Source of the DNA: Vicinamibacteraceae bacterium
GTDB taxonomy: Bacteria; Acidobacteriota; Vicinamibacteria; Vicinamibacterales; UBA8438
Direction of reading: 5' to 3'
DNA: 58,396 nucleotides
NCBI GenBank assembly: GCA_012271165.1
Contig: JAAXGX010000001.1
Span: 1 to 58,396, forward strand
How positions within the stretch are numbered: position 1 is the first letter of the stretch; every line of letters starts with the position of its first letter. Of this stretch, positions 1 through 7,790 are shown in pieces. Under the pieces are notes generated by a model that searched no databases, was not told the DNA's origin, and saw only the letters and a list, made by a program, of their open reading frames with translations. Made by a program: the position numbers and the translations under genes.

Positions 1-852
1 TACACCTGCGCCTACACGAACACCATCTGCTGGCGCAGCGCGACGACGCCGCTGCCGATGGAGACCAACCCGCGCGCGGTCTTCGAGCGGCTGCTGGGCG
101 ACGCCGGCGGCACCGACCCCGCCGCTCGGCTGGCCCGCATCGAGCAGAACCGCAGCCTGCTCGACGCCGTGAACGACAAGCTCGCGCGGCTCCGCCGCGA
201 TCTCGGGGTGGGCGACCGCCGCAAGCTCGGCGAGTACCTCGAGGCCGTCCGGGACGTCGAGCGCCGCATCCAGAGGGCCGAGGCGCAGGTGGACCGGCCG
301 CTCCCCGAGATGGCGCCGCCGCTGGGCGTCCCGGCCACGTTCGAGGAGCACGCGAAGCTGATGTTCGATCTGCAGGTGCTGGCGTACCGCACCGACCTGA
401 CGCGGGTCGTCACGTTCATGGTGAGCCGCGAGTTCAGCAGCCGGACCTATCCGGAAATCGGGGTGCCCGAGGCGCACCACCCGACGTCGCACCACCGCTA
501 CGACCCGGCCAAGCTCGCGAAGCTGGCGAAGATCAACGCCTACCACACCACGCTGCTGGCGTACTACCTGGACCGGCTGCAGAGCACTTCGGACGGGGAC
601 GGCTCGCTGCTGGACCAGATGACGCTGCTGTACGGCGGCGGCCTGAGCGACGGACACCGCCATTCCTCGGACAACCTGCCGATCCTGCTCGTCGGCCGGG
701 CCGGCGGCCGCCTGCGGGGAGGACGCCACGTGCGGTGCCCCGAGGCGACCCCCATGTCCAACCTGCATCTCACGCTCATGGACACGCTCGGGCTGCCCGC
801 CGAGCGCTTCGGCACGAGCACCGGCGCGCTCGACGCGGTGCTGGCCCTCTGA
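1..852 (+). CDS. DUF1552 domain protein (5' truncated by window edge)
   Basis: Motifs METNPRAVFERL, SLLDAV, DLTRVVTFM, SLLDQMTLLYGGGLSDG..H..NLP typical of DUF1552; frame is open to the window start. Confidence 0.8.
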   Translation, partial: YTCAYTNTICWRSATTPLPMETNPRAVFERLLGDAGGTDPAARLARIEQNRSLLDAVNDKLARLRRDLGVGDRRKLGEYLEAVRDVERRIQRAEAQVDRPLPEMAPPLGVPATFEEHAKLMFDLQVLAYRTDLTRVVTFMVSREFSSRTYPEIGVPEAHHPTSHHRYDPAKLAKLAKINAYHTTLLAYYLDRLQSTSDGDGSLLDQMTLLYGGGLSDGHRHSSDNLPILLVGRAGGRLRGGRHVRCPEATPMSNLHLTLMDTLGLPAERFGTSTGALDAVLAL

Positions 853-875
853 CCGACCACCACCAGGAAGCCCGC

Positions 876-2393
876 ATGCGTGCGAGCGCCTTGCGCCGCG
901 TGGCGGCAGGCTTCGTCCTGCTGCTGTCCGTGCCGGCCGGGGCGCAGCGCGCCGACCTGCGGCTGGTGGACGCCGTGCGGCACGGCGACCGGCAGGCGGT
1001 GAGCACGCTGCTGCGGGCCGGGATCGACGTGAACGCGCGGCAGCCCGACGGGGCCACGGCGCTGCACTGGGCAGCCTACCGGGACGCTCTCGACACCGCG
1101 GACCTGCTGCTCGGAGCCGGCGCCCGCCCGGACGCGGCGAACGAGCTCGGGGTCACGCCCCTCTATCTGGCCTGCGAGAACGGCAGCGCGGCCCTGGTGC
1201 GGCGCCTGCTGGCCGCGGGCGCGGCGCCGAACGCGACGCTGCGCGGCGGCGAGACGGCCCTGATGACCGCCGCGCGCACGGGGAGCGTCGGCGCGGTGAC
1301 CGCGCTCCTGGACCACGGCGCCGACGTGCATGCCCGGGAGACGAAGGAGGGGCAGACCGCCTTGATGTGGGCCGTGTCGCAGCGGCATCCCGCAGTCGTG
1401 CGGGCGCTGCTCGAGGCCGGGGCGGACGTCCGCGCCCGCTCGCGCGTACGTCCCGTGGCGACGGCGAGCTCGCCCCGCACCGGTGCGGCCGAAGGCGTGA
1501 CCGTCATCGACGAGGGCGGGTTCACGCCGCTCCTGTTCGCGGCCCGGCAGGGGGACCTCGCGTCGGCGCGCCTGCTGCTGGCGGCGGGGGCCGACCCGAA
1601 CGATACGGCCCCGTCCGGCACGAGCGCGCTCGTCGTGGCGGCCCACAGCGGGCACGGCGAGCTCGCCGCCCGGCTCCTCGACCAGGGCGCCGACCCGAAC
1701 GCCGCCGGGGCGGGCTACGCGGCGCTGCACGCGGCGGTCCTGCGCGGCGACGCCGACCTCGTCGGCGCCCTGCTGGCTCACGGCGCCGACCCGCACGCCC
1801 GCCTGCAGAACGGCAGCCCGCATGCCCGCTACGGCAAGTTCTTCGCGCTGGAGATGCGCTTGACCGGCGCCACGCCGCTCTTCCTGGCCGCCAAGTACGC
1901 CCGGGCCGACATCATGCGCCGGCTGGCCGCGGCCGGCGCCGACCCGCGCGCGCGTCTCGCCGGCGGCGTGACCCCCCTGATGGCCGCCGCGGGCATGCTC
2001 ACGCCGGGGTTCGTGCAGGCCGGGAACGATCGTCGCGGGCGGGCCATCGACACCGCCGAGATGGAGCTCGCCCTCAGCCAGGACCCGGATCGGCGCCGGC
2101 TCATGAACAGCGGCATCGACGCCGTGCAGGCGGCCGTGGCGCTGGGCGCCGACGTCGACGCCGCGAACGACGACGGCGACACCGCCCTGCACCTCGCGGC
2201 GCATCACGGCTTCAACAGCGTGGTCCGCTACCTGGTCGGCCAGGGCGCCGACCTGCACATGCGGAACGCGCGCGGGCAGACGCCGCTCGACCGGGCGCTG
2301 GGACTCACCGGCCGCGTGCCGGCCAGGAATCCCCTCACCGACACGGACATCGGCACGGCAGACCTGCTCAGGGCATTGGGCGCCAGCGAGTAG
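876..2393 (+). CDS. Secreted ankyrin-repeat protein
   Basis: Signal peptide followed by many G-x-T-[AP]-L ankyrin repeats (GATALHWAA, GVTPLYLA, GETALMTAA, GFTPLLFAA, GDTALHLAA); ATG at 876 after AGGA. Confidence 0.9.
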   Translation: MRASALRRVAAGFVLLLSVPAGAQRADLRLVDAVRHGDRQAVSTLLRAGIDVNARQPDGATALHWAAYRDALDTADLLLGAGARPDAANELGVTPLYLACENGSAALVRRLLAAGAAPNATLRGGETALMTAARTGSVGAVTALLDHGADVHARETKEGQTALMWAVSQRHPAVVRALLEAGADVRARSRVRPVATASSPRTGAAEGVTVIDEGGFTPLLFAARQGDLASARLLLAAGADPNDTAPSGTSALVVAAHSGHGELAARLLDQGADPNAAGAGYAALHAAVLRGDADLVGALLAHGADPHARLQNGSPHARYGKFFALEMRLTGATPLFLAAKYARADIMRRLAAAGADPRARLAGGVTPLMAAAGMLTPGFVQAGNDRRGRAIDTAEMELALSQDPDRRRLMNSGIDAVQAAVALGADVDAANDDGDTALHLAAHHGFNSVVRYLVGQGADLHMRNARGQTPLDRALGLTGRVPARNPLTDTDIGTADLLRALGASE

Positions 2394-2438
2394 CCGGCGG
2401 CCGGCCCGGGAGCCGCCGCGGCATCCCTGCCCGACGCC

Positions 2439-2996
2439 TCAGGCCGGACGCAGGGGCCGGAAGAACGTTCTCAGGTCCTGAACCAGCAGCGCGGGCTCCT
2501 CTATCGCGGGAAAGTGGCCGCCGGTCTCGTGGTGCGACCAGAGCGTCACGTGCTCCGGCACCGCTTCGACCAGCGACCGGGGCGGCCGGGCCCGCGACGT
2601 GATGCCGTAGAAGTCGAAGTACCCCTCCGGCACGCGGCGGCCGCCCGCCGGCCGGTCCTGCTGCCCGCGCGCCGCCGCCAGCGCGGCGCGCATGTTGTCC
2701 AGCGTGAGCCCCACGCTGCGCGGCGCCGGGGGCGTTCTGAACATGCCGGCCGAATAGTAGATGCGCACCGCCGTGCCGATCGAGCCCGTGTGCCAGTAGA
2801 TCGACACCAGCGTCAGAATCTCGTCCCGGGTGAACTTGTTCTCCGGATGCCCCTGGCAGTCGCTCCAGGCGCGCAGCTTCTCGACGACCCAGGCCGCGAG
2901 GCCCGCCGGCGAGTCGGTCAGCCCGTACGCCAGCGATTGCGGCTTCGTGCCCTGGATGAGCTGATACGCCGTCTCCTCGGCCGCGTAGCGATCCAT
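2439..2996 (-). pseudogene. Epoxide hydrolase, C-terminal half (gene split by integrative element)
   Basis: TKPQSLAYGLTDSPAGLAAWVVEK and GGHFPAIEEP (catalytic His) motifs of microsomal-type epoxide hydrolases; begins at the ATG inside the 8-bp direct repeat. Confidence 0.9.
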
Positions 2997-3089
2997 GCTA
3001 CGCTACACAGTCGGCCAGCGTCGTCCAGAGCAGTCCGAGTTAGCCCGTAAATAACGCAGTAGTAGTCATTTATGATTCTCACCCGGGTC

Positions 3090-3118
3090 TTGACTCGAGC
3101 CGGACCGGCCAGTAGAAT
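3090..3118 (+). promoter_or_regulatory. Sigma70-type promoter for the integrase
   Basis: TTGACT-N17-TAGAAT, ending 44 bp upstream of ATG 3163. Confidence 0.7.
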
Positions 3119-3162
3119 CCATCCGACTCCGCCGCATAACGGTGGGCGGACTGGTAGGTATC

Positions 3163-4428
3163 ATGCTCCCGACACGACCCCCGAAGACCAAGCCCCGAGG
3201 CCGGCAGCCCGAACACGCCCTCACCAACGCCTTCGTCCGAAACGTCGGCCGAGCCGGACGCTACTGTGACGGGCACGGCTTGTACCTCGACGTACGGCCC
3301 ACCGGCAGCCGCAGCTGGGTACAGCGGCTCGCCATCCGCGGCCGGCGCCGCGAACTCGGACTCGGCGGCTTCCCGCTCGTCTCGCTCAAGGAGGCCCGCG
3401 AGATCGCCTTCGCCAACCGCAAGCTCGCCCGCTCCGGTGGCGATCCGCTCGCCGAGAAGCGCCGCGCCAGCGGCATGCCCACCTTCGCCGAGGCCGCCGA
3501 GCGGGTCTGGAACGACCTGCGCCCCGGCTGGCGCAACCCGAGGCACGCCCACAACTGGAAGTCGAGCCTCACCCGGTTCGCGTTCCCGCACATCGGCAGG
3601 ATGCCCGTCTGTGACGTGACCAGCGCCGACGTCATCGACACCCTGCGGCGGATCTGGCACGAGCACCCCACCACGGCCCGGCGCGTCCGCCACCGGATCC
3701 GCGCTGTGCTGGAGTGGGCGGTTGCGATGGAGCTTCGCAACGACAACCCTTGTGACCGCATCGGCCCGGCGCTCGGCCCGCAGAACGACATCGTGACGCA
3801 CCGGCAGGCGCTTCCGCATCGCGACGTGGCGGCGGCGCTCGCGGCGGTGAGAGCGTCGGACGCGGCTCCCCTCGTCAAGCTGGCGCTGGAGTTCCTCGCG
3901 TTGACCGCCGTGCGGTCCGGCGACGTGCGCGGGGCGCTGTGGGCTGAGATCGACAGTGCGGACCGCGTGTGGACCATTCCGGCCACGCGCATCAAGATGA
4001 AGCGCGAGCACCGGGTGCCGCTGTGCGGGCGCGCCATCGAGATCCTCGACGCTGCCCGGGCGCTCGGCGACGGCAATCCCCTCGTGTTCCCGACCCCCCG
4101 CGGCAAGCAGTTCACCGGCATGGCCCTGTCGGGTCTGCTCAAGCGCCTGGAGATCGCCGCGGTCCCGCACGGGTTCAGATCGTCGTTCCGGGACTGGGTG
4201 GCCGAGGAGACGGATCACCCGCGCGAGGTCGCCGAGGCGGCGCTGGCCCACCTGGTCCGGAACCCGGTCGAGGCGGCCTACGCGAGATCGGATCTGTTCG
4301 AGCGGCGGCGGCGGCTCATGAACGACTGGGCCGCGTACATCGCGAACACCACCTCCGAGCAATCTACCGACGCCGAACCAGAGCCAGCACAACAGGGAGT
4401 CGGACCGCGGCACCCTGACCCGCGATGA
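3163..4428 (+). CDS. P4-like (IntA family) tyrosine integrase with arm-DNA-binding domain
   Basis: DGHGLYLDV..GSRSW arm domain, LGLGGFPLVSLKEAR; catalytic residues VRSGD, KMKREH, HGFR, LAH, AY all present. Confidence 0.95.
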   Translation: MLPTRPPKTKPRGRQPEHALTNAFVRNVGRAGRYCDGHGLYLDVRPTGSRSWVQRLAIRGRRRELGLGGFPLVSLKEAREIAFANRKLARSGGDPLAEKRRASGMPTFAEAAERVWNDLRPGWRNPRHAHNWKSSLTRFAFPHIGRMPVCDVTSADVIDTLRRIWHEHPTTARRVRHRIRAVLEWAVAMELRNDNPCDRIGPALGPQNDIVTHRQALPHRDVAAALAAVRASDAAPLVKLALEFLALTAVRSGDVRGALWAEIDSADRVWTIPATRIKMKREHRVPLCGRAIEILDAARALGDGNPLVFPTPRGKQFTGMALSGLLKRLEIAAVPHGFRSSFRDWVAEETDHPREVAEAALAHLVRNPVEAAYARSDLFERRRRLMNDWAAYIANTTSEQSTDAEPEPAQQGVGPRHPDPR

Positions 4429-4631
4429 ACCGATCCGATCCCCTCGCTTGAACCACGGCCCGCCCAACGAGTCGAGCGCGGTGGAGATCACGGGCCGACA
4501 TCAGATGAAGTACGGATCGAGCGGCGAGGACATCGAGCGGGACCGGCGAACAGGATCAAGATCCCGGAGAGCGACGAAGGCGATCCAGGTGGAGAGAGAG
4601 GCCGGCGCACGACGATCAGAGGAACACGAAC

Positions 4632-4672
4632 ATGCTGGCTCTCCACAACCGTTGGTAGTGGAGAGCCAGCAT
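4632..4672. repeat. Perfect 15-bp inverted repeat (hairpin) within the element
   Basis: ATGCTGGCTCTCCAC (4632-4646) and GTGGAGAGCCAGCAT (4658-4672). Confidence 0.85.
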
Positions 4673-5347
4673 ACCCCATGTGCTACATGGGACTGGCGGG
4701 GGGCGCCGCCCCCTCGACCCCCGACGAGTAAGATGCGGCGCGTCGCCGCGCCGGTTCGGAGCCCGCTCTCCATGCGGCCGTGGCCGGGCCGTTCGACCAG
4801 CGGAAGGGTGAGCGCCGGGCGGTCCGCGGCGTCCGGCAGCGCACGGTCGCCCACCGCTGTCAACCCGCTGCCGCGGGTCCTCCGCGTGCGCTTCGGCCCT
4901 TACAGGGTGACAGCGGCGACCGACCGTGCGGGAATGGCTGTTGCGGGCCAGCCGGAAGGCTGACCCGCGATCCACTGCCCGTCAGACGCGACGCCTGCGG
5001 CCCGCTCCGTTGTCGCGGAGCATCGGAGCCGAAACCGCATCTACCAGCACGATCTCGCTGATTCGTCCAGTCCGTCTTGAACCGGGATTGGTCATGCGCT
5101 GATCAGCGCCGGCCGGCAGCCCCATGCGTTGCGCGGCAGGTTGTCGAGATCCACGCCGAAGTGGGAGGCGTGCTGGTCGAGGAGGTCTCGCCCGGCCGGA
5201 TGAAGTCCAACCACGTGCGCGATCTCAGACGCCGTCGCAACGTACAGTCCACCGGCGACACGGCACCACGTCGCTGTTTTGCGGCGCTCGGACGTCAAGG
5301 GGCTTCGCCGTCCACTCTCCTACCTACCCGGATAGACGCCGGAAACT

Positions 5348-5794
5348 TCAATTCCCTCGCTCTTCAGATAGGGCAGCAAGCAAGACAACATTCACGATTG
5401 CCGCTGCCGCGTACCCATACCAAGACGAGCTAACCCGCCTGCCCTTCGCAGTCCTCGTGTAGCCAGCCCGGAAGCAGTCAATCTGCTCGTCGGGAATCCC
5501 TGTCATCGCACTCGCCGGAGCCTGCGGGTTGGACGAATGCGCAATAATAGGCATTATCGGAACAAAGAACACGTTGGTGAAGAATCCACCTGTGAACCAT
5601 CCGCCTCTGCCTTGTCTCTCCATGCCCGCAGTCTCACCCAAGGCAGTAGCAGATTGGCAATCGGTCGGTTGGCGTTCGAGAGTCCAACTCCGCGCCATGC
5701 GGATGGCAGACTCCCGGAGTGGTCCTGCATCGACTGGAGCCGTCAAGGAGGTAAGCAACGCGGTAGTCACGACGACCGACTTGACTTTTCTCAT
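5348..5794 (-). CDS. Hypothetical exported/membrane protein (element cargo)
   Basis: GAGGA SD before ATG, signal peptide MRKVKSVVVTTALLTSLTAPVDA, two further hydrophobic segments; visibly more AT-rich than host genes. Confidence 0.65.
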   Translation of the reverse strand: MRKVKSVVVTTALLTSLTAPVDAGPLRESAIRMARSWTLERQPTDCQSATALGETAGMERQGRGGWFTGGFFTNVFFVPIMPIIAHSSNPQAPASAMTGIPDEQIDCFRAGYTRTAKGRRVSSSWYGYAAAAIVNVVLLAALSEERGN

Positions 5795-6023
5795 CACCGT
5801 TCCTCTTCCAAATAAGCACCATATGTGCTCCGGCGATCCAGCGAAATCCCGGACGACCTGCAATTCCCGCATCGCGCCGAGAAACGCGCGGTCCCGACCC
5901 CGCAGTGCAGTGGCGAGTTGGCCGGCTCGTTGCGTGGCGCCCAGAGCGCTCCAGGCAGCGCCCCACTGGCAGAGGCAACCTGAGCAGAGACATGCGCCGC
6001 GGCCCGATCGGCAGGAGACTGCC

Positions 6024-6146
6024 TCACACGACTTCCTCAGCGGCCTGCCGAATGGAGTCCGTCGGGCGCCCGTGATGGGCGTCGGCCTGTTCGGACGTGA
6101 GCTTGGCGGCCGTCAATGCGCACGCGATGGCATGGGTGTCGAACAC
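6024..6146 (-). pseudogene. DUF1640/CCDC90-like N-terminal fragment
   Basis: VFDTHAIACALTAAKLTSEQADA..DSIRQAAE resembles the FDTH..L..A....QA.A N-terminus of DUF1640 proteins; stops early. Confidence 0.5.
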
Positions 6147-6251
6147 AGACCCATGGTACAACGGGTCGTCCCCATCCCCATGCGGCGGAACGGCTGCCTC
6201 GCGCGATTCGTCAACTGTACGAGGAGCCAAGCGGAGCCCCGAGGCCCGATC

Positions 6252-6682
6252 CGTCCGCAGGTCCGCAGCCGATGACGGGCCCGCCGCAGTCCGGCACGAT
6301 GCACAGGCCGGCGGTCCGGTCGCGCCGGTCCGCCGTCACGGTCCGCAGTCCACGCAGTCCGCACTGGGGCGAGGCTCACTGGCTCATCTGGGGCCGGATA
6401 GGGGCTCGCAGGGCAATATGCTGAAGCGCGACGAGCGCAAGGAGCGACGGGTCGTTGCTGCCTACCTTGTGGGGCTGATCGTCATCGTCTGGCTGATTGA
6501 CCAGACGATGATGCAGGGGCACTACACTTGGTTGGCGGTTCGTGTCCCGCTCGCTCTGACTCGCGAGTTGCTCGGTGTGCCGCACGTGTGGTAGGTGCCA
6601 ACCGGCGACGAGTTGGAAGGGCTTCTTGCATGGATGCTACCGCTTGGTCAGTCGGAGGTCCGCGTCCGCAGGTCCGCAGCCG
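6252..6682 (+). repeat. GTCCGCAG repeat cluster including a 20-bp exact direct repeat
   Basis: CGTCCGCAGGTCCGCAGCCG at 6252-6271 and 6663-6682; a further GTCCGCAG at 6341. Confidence 0.8.
6418..6594 (+). CDS. Small hypothetical membrane protein (58 aa)
   Basis: Basic N-terminus followed by hydrophobic helix VVAAYLVGLIVIVWLI. Confidence 0.4.
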   Translation: MLKRDERKERRVVAAYLVGLIVIVWLIDQTMMQGHYTWLAVRVPLALTRELLGVPHVW

Positions 6683-6766
6683 GTGTTCGCTGTCCGCTGG
6701 AATCCGATGGGCAACGATGGACGCAACGAGGGGAACATGCGCCTGTGAAGTGAGTAAGCTATTTAT

Positions 6767-6779
6767 TATCAGTGTGTTA
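6767..6779 (+). promoter_or_regulatory. IHF-consensus site near the right att core
   Basis: TATCAGTGTGTTA matches WATCARNNNNTTR, preceded by an AT tract, 20 bp from the 8-bp core. Confidence 0.6.
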
Positions 6780-6799
6780 CATGGTTTGCGTGCCAGAGT

Positions 6800-7566
6800 T
6801 CCATGCTCTCCCAGTACGCGCGCTCCTCGGCGGTGCGCGGCTCCACGCGCGTGCGCGGCGGCTGACCGGGGGTCGTGACGCCGATGACCCGTTCGGGGGC
6901 GCGCGCGGCGATCCGGCTGCCCACCTGGCTGCCCCAGTCACTGCCGTACGTGCCGAACCGGTCGTAGCCCAGCCTGTCCATCAACCCGATCCACAGCTCG
7001 GGAATGCTGTCCGGCGTGAAGTCCGCGAGCGGCTCGCCGGAGAAGCCGTACCCGGGCAGCGACGGCACGATGACATGGAACGCCTCGGACGCGTCGGCGC
7101 CGTGCCCCTCGGGGTCGACGAGGGCCGGCACCGACGGCAGCATCTCCCAGAACGTCCCCGGATAGCCGTGGGTCATGATCAGCGGCACCGCGGAGGCGTT
7201 GCGCGATCGGGCATGGATGAAGTGAATCCTGTGCCCGTCGACCACCGCCGTGTAGTGCTCGAAACGGTTCAGCGCCGCCTCGTGCGTGCGCCAGTCGTAC
7301 TCGTCCCGCCAGTAGGCGATCAGCTCCTGGAGGTAGGCGCGATCGGTGCCCATCGACCACGGCTCTCCGGTCGCGGCGGGCGGCCAGCGCGTGGCGGCGA
7401 GGCGGCGGCGGAGATCGGCCAGCTCTTCATCGCTGACGCTGATCCTGAATGGCCGCACGCCGGACGGGTCCTGTGCTGCGCCGGGCGCGGGGGCCGCCGC
7501 GGGCCAGGCGCCAGCGGCGCCGATGAGCTTGAGCACGGTCCGCCGGCCTATCGTCGTCTGCTGCAT
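6800..7566 (-). pseudogene. Epoxide hydrolase, N-terminal half with Tat-like signal (gene split by integrative element)
   Basis: GRRTVLK Tat-like motif, EHN domain (VRPFRISV..L.DLRRRLAATRWP, YDWR), HGYPG, PSLPGYGFS, GSDWG nucleophile elbow; reads 10 foreign codons into the element and stops at 6769. Confidence 0.9.
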
Positions 7567-7790
7567 GTCATCGACCCCTTCCCCTGCGCCGCAGCCTCAC
7601 GCGCCGCGGCGTCTGGCCCAATCGGTTGCCAGAGGATACAGGCATGCCGTCGACGGGTCGGCGGGCGGCGGCGAGCCGTTCGTGCCGGCACACGCCGGGA
7701 TGCGCCCGCCGCGTTTCGGCCGCATGCACGTTCGGCCGCATACAATGGAGCCGTGCGATTTCCCATTCCCGATGATCAGGAGGAGCGTCG

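Larger units (their letters stand above)
2992..6807. mobile_element. Tyrosine-integrase integrative element (3808 bp excisable unit) inserted in the epoxide hydrolase gene
   Basis: TCCATGCT at 2992-2999 and 6800-6807 lies exactly at the breakpoints of the two gene halves; integrase next to the left end; IHF-like site near the right end. Confidence 0.9.

Noticed and set aside
876-2393. Ankyrin protein as a host-interaction novelty
   Set aside because: A DUF1552 gene followed by a secreted ankyrin gene is a familiar arrangement; nothing here indicates a special role
4448-5462. ORFs in the centre of the element (4448-4963, 5077-5433, 5092-5298 and others)
   Set aside because: No recognisable motifs, SD sequences or consistent codon bias; left uncalled
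6252-6700. Possible CRISPR array
   Set aside because: Repeats are short and irregularly spaced, with no uniform spacers and no cas genes in the window
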